From a virus, in IMG/VR virus record IMGVR_UViG_3300024262_000019, positions 1 through 64,000 of that record: 64,000 bases of DNA. One strand, 5' to 3'. Numbering within the stretch: the first letter of the stretch is position 1; every line of letters starts with the position of its first letter. Position numbers and translations under genes: made by a program. Below, in pieces: positions 29,775-40,083 of this stretch. The notes beneath the pieces were generated by a model. It saw nothing but the letters and a program-made list of their open reading frames with translations. It made no database searches and was not told the origin of the DNA.

Positions 29775-29797
29775 GCGCAAGCGCTTGCGCTGCTAAC
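29775..29797. promoter_or_regulatory. palindromic repeat GCGCAAGCGCTTGCGC(TGCTAAC), copy 2, candidate operator
   Basis: 16-bp perfect palindrome between the TAG of 29793-30212 and the peptidase RBS; 22/23 identical to 41190-41212. Confidence 0.6.
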
Positions 29798-30212
29798 AGC
29801 CTTTGGTTACCGGTTCCTTGATAATGAACTCGGATACTTCTACCACAGGCACTTTCTTACCACTACTAAGCACAACCCATACATCGAACACGTACTTACC
29901 AGGATCCATATACAAGGTGTCGTCGGACGCTATGTAAACCATCACAAAACCACTCGTGGCTGGAGTCAAGATCTCAATATCCAGAACATTGAGTGAGTCC
30001 TTGGCTATCTTAACCTCTGGATCCGACACGGTCTTCCTGACCGTAAAGCAAACCTTGGCACCGGTAAGGTTGAGAGGAACTTCGATAGGATTACCATCGA
30101 CATCCTCATCCTCCTTGACGATCTCGATTTCAAGATCTTGCGATTCACCCTGGTACAGCTCAATGGAACTTGAACTCTTACTGATGTTTGAGCTTGAATT
30201 TGAAATTGCCAC
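29793..30212 (-). CDS. baseplate-associated Ig-like protein (BppU N-terminal-like)
   Basis: YQGES..L.I....PLNLTGA.V.FTV...G.V.V.I...DT....G.Y.FDV pattern; follows the wedge gene. Confidence 0.6.
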   Translation of the reverse strand: MAISNSSSNISKSSSSIELYQGESQDLEIEIVKEDEDVDGNPIEVPLNLTGAKVCFTVRKTVSDPEVKIAKDSLNVLDIEILTPATSGFVMVYIASDDTLYMDPGKYVFDVWVVLSSGKKVPVVEVSEFIIKEPVTKGC

Positions 30213-30221
30213 GACTAACTC

Positions 30222-32384
30222 CTACTGACCAACCAATGACTTACTAACGATCTCAGATGTGATGCTAATCGTCCCTCGCGTAACAACCTCAAACTCTCCG
30301 ACTGGAAGGTTTCCGCTCGAATCAATACGTCCTATTGGGCCAACGATGAATATGTTCACATACTCAACACCTTCAATCGCAATGTCGGATGTCTCAGGGG
30401 CGATGGGTGCATATAGCTCAGAGAGCCTCAGGGTTGTCCCAAACGACCGACCACGAAGAACATCAAGTATCGCAGCCTCAACCTGAGATCTGACGGTAGC
30501 CTCATTGTATCCAGTGAGTATACCAACCAGCGCGTTAACATCTGCCGCCACCAACTGATTGGAAGCACCGGTAACCTTAACCACCTGGGTAACCTCCTTG
30601 GCTCCATCCAAGAAAGACTGCAATGACTTCTGTAGCCCATTGGTAGGAACCACATAAAACCCTTCCGAGTCAAAGACCAGAACGGGAACCTCTATAAGGT
30701 TCGACTTGCACTCGCTCGATAGAAACGAATCAACATGAACATCAACGTCGGTAACTAGAGTTCCAATGTCGTTGTCTATGGATTGTACATCTGAATCCAG
30801 TGAAGTAGATGTTGACGATATTGACGTATTGCTTGTGCCGATCGCATCAACGTCTGCGCGAATACCAGCGCGTCTCGTCTCAGCGGTAATGGCATTTGCG
30901 TCTATCGTATCAAGCTCTGTAGTTACAGCTGTGATATTCGACAGCACGGTTGCCGCCTGAGCACCAATCTCAGACTGCCTGGCAAGCGCTTTATTGAGAG
31001 TGTTGATGAGTGCAGTTAGATCTGCAGTGGCTATCTGAGTAGGACTTGCCGTGGGGTATCCACTGAGAGTGGAGGATAGCCCAGTAAGCTCAGTCTGCAA
31101 CGAAGAAGCATTAGCCTGGACGACACCAGCCGCCGTACGGCTGCTCTCGTTGGATGTTCTCGCCGTATTCTCTGCCGTATCTATCTCGGAAATATCAGCA
31201 GCCAAGGCAGTGTCATCCGTTTGTGCGTCTGAAACGGAAGCAGATATAGCAGAGGAACTCGTCCCTATGGAAGAAACCGCTGTGCCTACGGTGGGAACGA
31301 AGCTGTTTGATGTAGCCCTGATGCCTGCCAATCTTGATGCCAGATAGGCATCCTCGGATGAACCACGCACGTTGATAGCTCTGGCTACTGCTATGGCGCC
31401 AAAGACTGGATCTACGAACGACTGTGCCCTGGCTTCGTAATCAGGGAGAGTCACGTTTACATTGCGACTCTTGAAAACGTTTGGAGCATTGGCTTTAATG
31501 CTGCTAACCGTCTCAGGGTCACTGCCGCCGCTAGTTCCGGCTATATTGTTTATGGTGAGGCCGATAGTCTCAAAGCTGACGACCAGAGGCTGAACAGTTC
31601 TGGTGATGGTATCCGCCGTGGCGCCACCATTGACACCGGATGATGCAAAATATGTAACCCGTATCTCCGCACCGTTGGGGGGCACGGCGCCAGCGATACT
31701 GTCTCCAAATGTTACCGCTGGAGGATCATCCGTATACCCAATCTCAAACTGCTCGGTTTCTCCGAATTGAAGAAACTCCTCCTCCGCCCACTCAGATCCG
31801 TCAACCTCGACCACGGTCCTAGATTGCCCGGTCGTGCCGGTGCCAACGATGAACTTACCAGTGGGAACGTTACTGATATCGAACACCTGATTCACGCTAC
31901 CGTCGGAGAAGAACACCTGAATGAGAGTTTCACCCTCCGATGCAGTGAGTGTCTTAGTTGAGGTATCGCCAGGAGGGAACAGAAGGGCTTCCTGGGCTTC
32001 GAATATGAGACCGGCTGGGCCTATGAATTGAAACCCAGCTGGAATAGTTACCGGAAAAGAATGTATTGAGTTCAACGATATTGATAGATCTACACTCGAT
32101 GCGCTGGCTGGCCCAGGCTTATAGCCCAGCTGCCTAGCCCCCCTGGTGGCAGATCCTCTGGTCCTCGACGTAACCAGGAAATTGTCTGTCGCTCTTCTGT
32201 CGAGGTAGAAGGAAAGGGTATCCAATCCAAACGAAAATATATCGACAAGCATGATGCCAAGCGATGACACCGCGAAGTCGTTGTAGACAGCAGCGAATTT
32301 CACCTGGAGACGAGCAAGGATCTCATCCTCGTGCGTATCGAAGTCTAATCCAGCGTATCTTACCCTTGTTAACTGTATAGACAT
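30222..32384 (-). CDS. baseplate wedge protein (T4 gp6/P2 gpJ-like) with long helical insertion
   Basis: Y.GLDFD, DF..SSLG.MLVD, LSFYLDR.A..NFL, ARQLGYKP, FGD...G.VPPNG, GGSDPET, VT..DYE motifs. Confidence 0.88.
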   Translation of the reverse strand: MSIQLTRVRYAGLDFDTHEDEILARLQVKFAAVYNDFAVSSLGIMLVDIFSFGLDTLSFYLDRRATDNFLVTSRTRGSATRGARQLGYKPGPASASSVDLSISLNSIHSFPVTIPAGFQFIGPAGLIFEAQEALLFPPGDTSTKTLTASEGETLIQVFFSDGSVNQVFDISNVPTGKFIVGTGTTGQSRTVVEVDGSEWAEEEFLQFGETEQFEIGYTDDPPAVTFGDSIAGAVPPNGAEIRVTYFASSGVNGGATADTITRTVQPLVVSFETIGLTINNIAGTSGGSDPETVSSIKANAPNVFKSRNVNVTLPDYEARAQSFVDPVFGAIAVARAINVRGSSEDAYLASRLAGIRATSNSFVPTVGTAVSSIGTSSSAISASVSDAQTDDTALAADISEIDTAENTARTSNESSRTAAGVVQANASSLQTELTGLSSTLSGYPTASPTQIATADLTALINTLNKALARQSEIGAQAATVLSNITAVTTELDTIDANAITAETRRAGIRADVDAIGTSNTSISSTSTSLDSDVQSIDNDIGTLVTDVDVHVDSFLSSECKSNLIEVPVLVFDSEGFYVVPTNGLQKSLQSFLDGAKEVTQVVKVTGASNQLVAADVNALVGILTGYNEATVRSQVEAAILDVLRGRSFGTTLRLSELYAPIAPETSDIAIEGVEYVNIFIVGPIGRIDSSGNLPVGEFEVVTRGTISITSEIVSKSLVGQ

Positions 32385-32767
32385 TAAATGCCTCCGGAGA
32401 CAGTGGCAGAATCAATCTCGCCAGTGGACGTGATGGTATACAAAATTGAGATCAAAGTCTGTCCGGGCTCAGATATATCATCAGTCGTGATCCTTACCGA
32501 ATCGACGCGAACCCTGGACTCCCACTTCGTTATGGCCATGCGGATCTCACGTTCAGTGTTTGTCCTGAAATCCTCACCGTTATTCTCAAATACATACGAA
32601 AATGCGTTACACCCAAAATCTGGCCGCATAATCCTCTCGCCACGCTGAGTCGTAACAATCTGAATCACAGAAGCCTTGATGGCTTCCGAATTTGAGGCTG
32701 ACTTAGGAAATGCTAACTCACCCTTTTTGAAGGGAAAAGCTAATGATCTGATGCGTGAATCTGCCAT
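32384..32767 (-). CDS. baseplate sheath initiator (T4 gp25/gpW-like)
   Basis: LAFPF, IK.SV.QI..T.RGER.MRPDFGC, AI.KWE.RV.V. Confidence 0.92.
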   Translation of the reverse strand: MADSRIRSLAFPFKKGELAFPKSASNSEAIKASVIQIVTTQRGERIMRPDFGCNAFSYVFENNGEDFRTNTEREIRMAITKWESRVRVDSVRITTDDISEPGQTLISILYTITSTGEIDSATVSGGI

Positions 32768-32769
32768 GA

Positions 32770-33231
32770 CTAAAACAGGGGCCCCGGTGGTATTGGAGAA
32801 GGATTCGTCACGAAAACCGTCCTTGTCATCAGATCTAACGAGGATGCCAGGCTCTGCGCAGCCTGCGCAGACGCCTTAACGTTGGTAGCCGCCATTTTCG
32901 ATATCGCAGCAGCTGGTGCGATTGCCGTACAGACACCACCAGCACCGGTGAGCACCGGAGGAAGAAGCCAGAATGCACTAATCGCCTGACCTAGCGCCTG
33001 GGCCGCCTGAGCCGCTGGAAACCTAGCATCCATGAGATTGCGCAGCCCAACCTCAAACAGGCGATACTCGGAACCTTTGAGCAGCATAGGTGCCGCAGGA
33101 GGAGCCTGCGCAAGGGAAGCATAAGACTGATATGCCCTAGCAATCTGCGAAGCAATCTGCGACGTAGATTCGAGCCTTTGATCGAACACGCGCTGGATCT
33201 GATTCGTTAGCTGTCCAACATTCAAAGCCAT
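32770..33231 (-). CDS. hypothetical baseplate-region protein
   Basis: 153-aa Ala-rich ORF between the spike and gp25 genes. Confidence 0.6.
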   Translation of the reverse strand: MALNVGQLTNQIQRVFDQRLESTSQIASQIARAYQSYASLAQAPPAAPMLLKGSEYRLFEVGLRNLMDARFPAAQAAQALGQAISAFWLLPPVLTGAGGVCTAIAPAAAISKMAATNVKASAQAAQSLASSLDLMTRTVFVTNPSPIPPGPLF

Positions 33232-33887
33232 TAGCTAGTCTCCGAGTCATCGCTGAGACCGTCGATCGGAAACGGCTGAGTAGGAGGTAGCGTAGGACCC
33301 CATGAGTGCGGATGAGTATGGCTTTCCAGCCATGCCTTAACGGTAGATCCACGCATCATTGGCTCAAACGATCCACCCTGCTTGCCAATCCTAACCTTGC
33401 CGCCAGAAGTCCATTCAACAATGGTTCCATCCTTGTGGCGAATGAGTATCTTCTCCTCACCATCTTTGTCGGAGAGTGCAATCAGGTGACCGCCAGGAGT
33501 TCTGAATCCTCTCTTCTTAGGAGATCCATCGCTCTCAGGATCAAGCTCATCATGCACCTCCCCCTTGGCATACCATCCGCCAAGGTATCCAGATGGGCTC
33601 GTCGGATCTCCATTGTCGAAGAATACAAAAACGTAATCATTCTTCTCAGGTGGCCAGAACATTCCACTCAGCGGGCCAGCCCCGTACATCATCGGCTTAA
33701 CCCATCTCCCATTATCAGCAGGAAGTCTGGCCCTTGGGCACGCAACGATGACTCGACCAAGGCCCTCCGGATCTTGGTTATTAACTACCTTCGCTCGATA
33801 CGGTCCATGGTAACGACGAAAATATTCCAGACCAAACCTAGTTAGCTGATCAATGAAATCTTCAAATCTGTCGGTAAACCACGCCAT
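33231..33887 (-). CDS. baseplate central spike (gpV/gp5 OB-fold)
   Basis: YRAKVVNNQDPEGLGRV.V, G.FWPP...D.V.V.F.NGDP..P..LG, RTPGGH, C-terminal HTH metal-binding tip. Confidence 0.88.
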   Translation of the reverse strand: MAWFTDRFEDFIDQLTRFGLEYFRRYHGPYRAKVVNNQDPEGLGRVIVACPRARLPADNGRWVKPMMYGAGPLSGMFWPPEKNDYVFVFFDNGDPTSPSGYLGGWYAKGEVHDELDPESDGSPKKRGFRTPGGHLIALSDKDGEEKILIRHKDGTIVEWTSGGKVRIGKQGGSFEPMMRGSTVKAWLESHTHPHSWGPTLPPTQPFPIDGLSDDSETS

Positions 33888-33895
33888 AACTTATC

Positions 33896-35467
33896 CTACA
33901 GCTTAAATGACTTCCTCTGATTCCTCAGATCTTTGGGGCTTAGCTTTTCACTCTCTATATCCTTAGCAAGCTTAGTGATGGCATCCTGATTATCAGAGGC
34001 AGGCCCAACGACAGAAGTAAGCTCATTCTCAACCTCCCTCTCTGCAGCGGCAGTCTGGCTAGCCGCCAATGCCACCCTAGCCCTAGCCAAGTTAGAATCC
34101 TGATGAAATAGACCCATGGTTGCCTGGAATGTTGTAATCCACCCACCAACTCCAACCTGATGACGGATAAGCTGAATGCCGTATGTGCCATTGAACAAAG
34201 CACCGCTATCCTCGGCGCCCTCACCAATCTTCTCAAACCCAGACACATCAACAGCTTCGCCTGGACGCAATCCTGGTATTCCGATCGTAGTGAACTCTCC
34301 GTTGATCCCATCTCGCATCTGCATGTCTTTCCAGTTGGCAGCGGCCCTAGCCCTGTCATCCGGATCATCTACATTCCCTGGGAAATTTGCCTGTGCCTGT
34401 ATATCCTCATCGCCAACATCGACGATTCTCCCGACATCACCATCCTCTTTCCCTTTACCACTCGCAACCGTAGTGGCATCAGCAGAATAGCTATCCGGGT
34501 CGTCGTTCTTTTTCTCGCTCCAATCAAACATCAACAGCTTGCCAACGCCAGGCGATAGCCAAGGTCCATCTCCCTCTGCTGAGAAATTCAATATTGGAAA
34601 CATGTTCTTAGTTGGATCTACCGCACCCCTGAGAAGAAACTTCTTCCTGGTTGCCTTGTCGTCACCCATCTGGGTGCTGAAATATTTAGTCTTGCCAATG
34701 ATTCGAATCTCATTGCCATGCATGATCAGATCGAATCCAAACTGCTCTATCGTCTCCCTTACAAACCACCAGTCATTTCTTGGACCCTTGGTGATAACCC
34801 CAACGGGAGCAGGGGCGTCTACCTTGGTATGCTCAGCCGTAGCAGCCGGCTCTCTAAAGAAAGCATCACCGGTAATCCTATCCTTATCCTTAGAAGGTAT
34901 ATCAGCATACAGTCTGTCGATTTTGAGCCCAGGACCACCATTGCCTTCTAGTACATATTTCTTAAGAGTAATCTCCACAGCTTCCGCCCAAGTAGTATTC
35001 TTAGGAAACGATTTCTCCTCCGTGCCGCCGACAACGTTCATCTGATATCCGACGCCCAGGGCGTTGAGGGTGATCGTAATATCACTACCCATAGCAACGT
35101 CTGGCTTCTGAAGCATCCCGCTGAATGTAAGCTGAGAAAAAGCCGTAGCACCACCACCACTGCTGGTACCAGTTGAATAACCAAATTCAACCTCCAAACG
35201 ACCCACACCATGCCTGACCAGCTCAGACTGGAGTAAGTCTAGACCATCCTCAAATGGAGGAGTGAGCACCATTGCTAGCTTGACGTTGTCACCGAATCGA
35301 TGCTCAACGGTCACCTGTGACACAAACGCGAGAGCCCTAAAATCCGACAGGGCAGATCTTTGTTCACTCTGAACCCATAGCTCTATGGTCTCGCCCTTCT
35401 GACCAGATCCGGCTGGGAATTGACGTATCCTTCCGGACAACGCAACACCGAAGAAATCGATTGCCAT
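33896..35467 (-). CDS. baseplate hub protein (gp27/gpD-like)
   Basis: position before the spike; NDWWFV...I...GF, GIPGLRPGE.V.V.G, FNG.Y.I...RH.V...GW.T.F. Confidence 0.75.
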   Translation of the reverse strand: MAIDFFGVALSGRIRQFPAGSGQKGETIELWVQSEQRSALSDFRALAFVSQVTVEHRFGDNVKLAMVLTPPFEDGLDLLQSELVRHGVGRLEVEFGYSTGTSSGGGATAFSQLTFSGMLQKPDVAMGSDITITLNALGVGYQMNVVGGTEEKSFPKNTTWAEAVEITLKKYVLEGNGGPGLKIDRLYADIPSKDKDRITGDAFFREPAATAEHTKVDAPAPVGVITKGPRNDWWFVRETIEQFGFDLIMHGNEIRIIGKTKYFSTQMGDDKATRKKFLLRGAVDPTKNMFPILNFSAEGDGPWLSPGVGKLLMFDWSEKKNDDPDSYSADATTVASGKGKEDGDVGRIVDVGDEDIQAQANFPGNVDDPDDRARAAANWKDMQMRDGINGEFTTIGIPGLRPGEAVDVSGFEKIGEGAEDSGALFNGTYGIQLIRHQVGVGGWITTFQATMGLFHQDSNLARARVALAASQTAAAEREVENELTSVVGPASDNQDAITKLAKDIESEKLSPKDLRNQRKSFKL

Positions 35468-35782
35468 TTATCTCTTCAGCTTTCGCAGCAACTTAGACTT
35501 AACAAATGTTTTCGATGGAATCCTAATCTGTGCATTCTCCTTAAGGTCCGTCGGAAGAATCTCAAGGTTATTGGCCCACGCTATGACCCACCAAAGCCTA
35601 GAGTCCCCATAATACCGATATGCCAGAAGGTCGATCCTATCCGTACTCGACACCACATGAAGAACGTCATCCACTCTAGCAGTGATATCTGGAAGTACTA
35701 CGGTATCCCAGAACTCGACGCCCTCAGATCTGAGCAGATCTGTAAACAGAAGACGTGAGTTACCATTTAGCTCAACTCCCAT
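35468..35782 (-). CDS. LysM/gp53-like baseplate protein
   Basis: HVV...DRIDLLAYRYYGDSRLWWVIAWAN...L.....IRIP. Confidence 0.85.
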   Translation of the reverse strand: MGVELNGNSRLLFTDLLRSEGVEFWDTVVLPDITARVDDVLHVVSSTDRIDLLAYRYYGDSRLWWVIAWANNLEILPTDLKENAQIRIPSKTFVKSKLLRKLKR

Positions 35783-38700
35783 TACTGCGTCCTCTTATTC
35801 CTTCTTGGCGTCTTATCAGTAGATTTTGGGGGCAGAGTCATCTCGCCGCCTGACGACATGGCGCTCGCCAGGGTTTGGATACTCATATTTATGTCTCTCA
35901 GATACCCAGGAATCAGAGCACCCTCCTCGGCCCAATCTGGGTTATTGATCGTACTCCTAAGATTCTCAGAGGCAGCCTGAGCCAGCCCGCCACCACTACT
36001 ACTACCACCCTCTGGACTAGCAGATGCACTACCAACCACGGCTGACATGGCAAGGGCCTTATTATAGGCCGCACCTATCATCGCATCCGCAGCCTTGCCG
36101 CCCTTAAATGCAACCGCCAAAGCCGACACAACCCGCGAAGCCCACAGGTCGATCTGACTTGGAGAAGCCAGCAAATCCATCAAGTTTATCGACTGCGCAA
36201 GTGCAACAAACTTTCCCTGCATGGATGCAACGAATCCAATGAACGCAACGACTGCCCTGCCGGCTTCAGAGACGGATACATACCAGTAATCCTTAATGTG
36301 TTGCTCAGCTTTATCAGACCACTGTGCCGTTAACGTTTCCTGAGTTGCGAGCCCCTTAGTCATCTCGTCCCATACCGAGTTAACAGAATCGGCGAGACCA
36401 TCCATCATTTCAGTTGCCTGCTTAATGAACGTCCCCATGAATTTCTTCATGCCCCTCTCGACGGCTTCTAAGTTCCTCTTAAAGTCTCTCGGATTGATAT
36501 TGGAAATACTGTCAACCATGCCAGCTGCGACCTTGCTAGATACGCCCATGGCCTTAACTATCTGACCACCCCTCTCCGCAGCCTCCGTCTCCAAAGTAAT
36601 CCCATCAGCCTTAGCCTTGGCAACAACGCCAACCATCCCCCTGTCAAACCCCTCACTGAGACCGAGAGCCAGGTTCTCAGAGTTCTCACCAGCAATCCTG
36701 GTGACATCCTTACTGAGACCTTCATACTTAGTGCGGATAGCAGCCACTTCAGCATCTAATGCGGCTGCGGTTTTATTCCCCCTATTTGCAATTGCTTCGT
36801 TTGTTGCCGACTCCTGCAGGTTTGCAATGATCTTGATCTTCTCAAGAACCATATCCCTCTCTTTGCCCTGGATATTCTTCAACCCATCCATGGTCCGAGT
36901 CGCCGCATTCAGCGTCGAGTTAGACCACGTCCTCGATGCCCTGCTCGCCAGCGACATGCTCTTATCGGCATTCCCTTCGACGCTCTTAAGCATTGCCCCT
37001 ATGCTTCCAGTGATTAAGCTAGCTTCATCCTCGATAGCCAGGGCGGCGTTCTTCATCCTCACATTCTGCGCATCCATTGCCGTAGCCCGAGCATCAAGCT
37101 CTATCTGATAGGCAACCGTCCCCTTCTTACCGGCTGCCTCCATCGCAGCCAGCCTAAGGTCGTGGTGCGTCATGATGTCGGCGGTCTCCTGACCTATAAG
37201 CGTCGCTTGCTCATTGATCCTAGTCTGCAGATCGGAAGCATACGCAGCGTTATACTTACCAACACTAGCCATCAGATCGTCACCAATGGCTAGCTGTTGG
37301 CCGATAACCTTATTGAACTCAGCTGCCTTCTCAGCAGAATATCCATGTGTCTTAGTGAATTCACGATTGTACTTAACCCACTCAGCGGTAGCTTCCCCGG
37401 CCTCCTTTGAGGACATTCCATAGGTATCAACCGCCTTACGTACCTTATCCACTGCAGCCGTTGCACTCTGCCATGACTCAATATTGACAACCGCTAGATT
37501 CATGTCCGCAAGCGCTACGTGAACCCTTACGATCTCACCTTTAGCATTCTTAGCCCACTTATAGATGGCATCGCCAGCGGCTATGATCTTGCCAGTGGTC
37601 GTAACAACCTTCTCACCAGATGCGATTTGACTATCAACCAGAGCCTTAACCTCCATATCAGTAACAGAGGCCAGCTGCTCTATAGACCCGATACCCTTAG
37701 CAGCACTGGCAACAGCCTCCCTATGGGCCTTCTCTAGAGCTATGGCAGAGTTCCTAGCCATAGCCTCGACATCTAGTTCTGCCTGCTTAGCGCCCCCGCC
37801 GATCAGGTCGCTAAAAAAATCACCTATCCCAGAAGCGATAGCTCCGATGTTGTCATAGACGTACTCGGCAGCCTTATATAGGCCATATATCGCAATTCCT
37901 ATGGCGGCTATAACTGCTATAACCGGTGCTGCTGCAACGATGAACGGAACCATCGACGCCGCCATGGAGATTCCAGCTGAGATGAATGCTGGAATCATCG
38001 TGGCTACAACATACAGAGTCAGCAGAGTCAGCCCTATCAGGAGACCCTTGACGGCCATGACGACAACCTTGATCACATTTCCAAGCAATGGGAACTTCGT
38101 ATGAATAGCTTCAACTATGCCATCAACGAGACCAACGATAAGACCTAGCGCCCCTTTAACAGATTTGTATATGATTTCTGGCAAGTGCAAGAAGATCTTC
38201 CATACCGCAGCCATAGCAATAAGACCAGCCTGCCCAAGATACTTACCGAGCGTTGCTCCAACACCGTTCCAATCGATGCCTCCCAGAGCAGATAAGATCT
38301 TTCCACCTATATTGAGAACAGACTCAAATAGCTTAAGTGACAACTGGGCCGCGAATGAGAGACCCTTGCCAAGTAACTCGGCAACTTTACCCCATGGGAT
38401 ACTGTCAACAATCCTAGTGATCACCGGACCAATGATCGACATAGCCTTTGAGAATACATTCTCAACGGTCTCCATGATCTTTGGTAGCTCACCCTTGAGC
38501 TTGTCGATCCAAGGCTGAACAATGCTATTGCTACCCTTGGCCAGATCTTTGAAAACGAAATAAAGTCCAGCAACCGCTGCCGTCACAAGAACCAAAGGAC
38601 TAGCCAAAGCACCGAATGCGGCAACAATGCCTGGCATCACCTTGAGAATTGGAGCGAACTGGTTCGACAGCTCCGAAATGGCCATACCGTATTTGGTATG

Positions 38701-40053
38701 CGAAGCCAACATCCCTCCGATTCCGTGAACTCGCGCTTCGATAAGCCTCTGTGTAAATGTGCCAAGTGGCCCGCCCTTCGCTGCCACAGTCTCCAACTGG
38801 GCTGCAAGCTCCTTGGTATTCTGCTTATACTTCTTCAGGTATGCCTGGTCGCTCATCACGCCGGTAACACCCTTCATAGTCGTGACAAGCCGGTCCTGCG
38901 CTATGGCAAATCTCTCCGCCATGGTGCGACCATCCTTGTATCGCTTGGCCAAGGTCTGCAGCACCTCCGCCTGTCCTTCGATAGGATCATTGGCCTCATT
39001 GATGGCAGGGCCAACCTTATCGAGCCCCTGATTTAAAAGCGCCTGAACCTCTGGACCGAAGGTCGCTGCCATCTGCTGATTAAATCTATCCATCGCGTTG
39101 GAATCAAGATTCATACCCTTGACCTGATCGACGAGGCCACCCATCTTCAGCATGAACTGATCCGGGCTCTCCGCCATCATATTCATAGCCTCAGGTATAG
39201 AGCCTAGATGCTGAGTGAGAACATTCATGCCGTCTGGAATATCTGTGGAAAGCCCAGAATACAGCGACTTCATTCCCGTCTCGCCGGCCAATAAAGCTTT
39301 AGTTAAACCGCGAGACCCGGCCATCGCATCCTCTGCAGAGAAGCCGAGACTTGCCATAGCACCAGCCATAGTAGTGGTGCCCTTGATGAATCTTGCAGAT
39401 CTCTCTGGGGACCAATTCTTCGTAAAAAGATTGCCCTGCTCATTGAGCATAGAAACCGTCTCAGACATACCAGCCACAGCCTCTCGGCCAATATTGAACT
39501 TCTTACCAATAGCAGCAACAGACTTGAGAGTCTCCTCTGTCTGCTTGTCGGAGAATTTCATCTGCTTACCCATGACACCTAGGGCAGAAGCCAGCTTCGT
39601 AGAATCAGCACCAGTAACCTCGACGAACTTCTGAAACTCCTGAAGTCCTCCAGTAAAACCAACCTTCTCGATATCAACACCAGCCTGCTTAAGGGCGACG
39701 AGGGACTGCGTCATACCCTCAGCCCCAATGTTCATGGCGAAGGATCCACTAGTAATCGATTTCTGAGCCCTCCTGAGTTCCTTCTCAGTCATGTTGAGAC
39801 CGGCAAGACCAGCAGACGTAACCTTGTTTGAGGCGACGCCGAATGCCTCAATATTGGTCGTCGTTAGCTTCATGTCGCTAGCCAGCGCCGTAGCTTGGCC
39901 GATAGCAGGGCCAAGATTAGGTGGCTTAAACGCCATCTTCGCCGACGACATGCTTATTTGAGCTATGCCTAGCCCAATCTGACTAAGGCCAGTAGTCGTA
40001 GTCTTAATCGAATCTGCAAGACCCTTGTCTTGAGATCCGAAGTTAAAACCCAA
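35782..40053 (-). CDS. tail tape measure protein
   Basis: 1423-aa Ala/Gly-rich helical protein with central hydrophobic segments, between chaperone and baseplate genes; start ambiguous (in-frame ATG at 40083 is followed by TGA at 40063-40065). Confidence 0.88.
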   Translation of the reverse strand: MGFNFGSQDKGLADSIKTTTTGLSQIGLGIAQISMSSAKMAFKPPNLGPAIGQATALASDMKLTTTNIEAFGVASNKVTSAGLAGLNMTEKELRRAQKSITSGSFAMNIGAEGMTQSLVALKQAGVDIEKVGFTGGLQEFQKFVEVTGADSTKLASALGVMGKQMKFSDKQTEETLKSVAAIGKKFNIGREAVAGMSETVSMLNEQGNLFTKNWSPERSARFIKGTTTMAGAMASLGFSAEDAMAGSRGLTKALLAGETGMKSLYSGLSTDIPDGMNVLTQHLGSIPEAMNMMAESPDQFMLKMGGLVDQVKGMNLDSNAMDRFNQQMAATFGPEVQALLNQGLDKVGPAINEANDPIEGQAEVLQTLAKRYKDGRTMAERFAIAQDRLVTTMKGVTGVMSDQAYLKKYKQNTKELAAQLETVAAKGGPLGTFTQRLIEARVHGIGGMLASHTKYGMAISELSNQFAPILKVMPGIVAAFGALASPLVLVTAAVAGLYFVFKDLAKGSNSIVQPWIDKLKGELPKIMETVENVFSKAMSIIGPVITRIVDSIPWGKVAELLGKGLSFAAQLSLKLFESVLNIGGKILSALGGIDWNGVGATLGKYLGQAGLIAMAAVWKIFLHLPEIIYKSVKGALGLIVGLVDGIVEAIHTKFPLLGNVIKVVVMAVKGLLIGLTLLTLYVVATMIPAFISAGISMAASMVPFIVAAAPVIAVIAAIGIAIYGLYKAAEYVYDNIGAIASGIGDFFSDLIGGGAKQAELDVEAMARNSAIALEKAHREAVASAAKGIGSIEQLASVTDMEVKALVDSQIASGEKVVTTTGKIIAAGDAIYKWAKNAKGEIVRVHVALADMNLAVVNIESWQSATAAVDKVRKAVDTYGMSSKEAGEATAEWVKYNREFTKTHGYSAEKAAEFNKVIGQQLAIGDDLMASVGKYNAAYASDLQTRINEQATLIGQETADIMTHHDLRLAAMEAAGKKGTVAYQIELDARATAMDAQNVRMKNAALAIEDEASLITGSIGAMLKSVEGNADKSMSLASRASRTWSNSTLNAATRTMDGLKNIQGKERDMVLEKIKIIANLQESATNEAIANRGNKTAAALDAEVAAIRTKYEGLSKDVTRIAGENSENLALGLSEGFDRGMVGVVAKAKADGITLETEAAERGGQIVKAMGVSSKVAAGMVDSISNINPRDFKRNLEAVERGMKKFMGTFIKQATEMMDGLADSVNSVWDEMTKGLATQETLTAQWSDKAEQHIKDYWYVSVSEAGRAVVAFIGFVASMQGKFVALAQSINLMDLLASPSQIDLWASRVVSALAVAFKGGKAADAMIGAAYNKALAMSAVVGSASASPEGGSSSGGGLAQAASENLRSTINNPDWAEEGALIPGYLRDINMSIQTLASAMSSGGEMTLPPKSTDKTPRRNKRTQ

Positions 40054-40083
40054 TCCCAGCCTTCAAAGGAAGTTGAGTGCCAT

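Noticed and set aside
40063-40068. prfB-like CTT TGA +1 frameshift, or genome-wide TGA reassignment
   Set aside because: A +1 shift leads to a short frame unrelated to the tape measure ORF, and TGA terminates several other genes normally.
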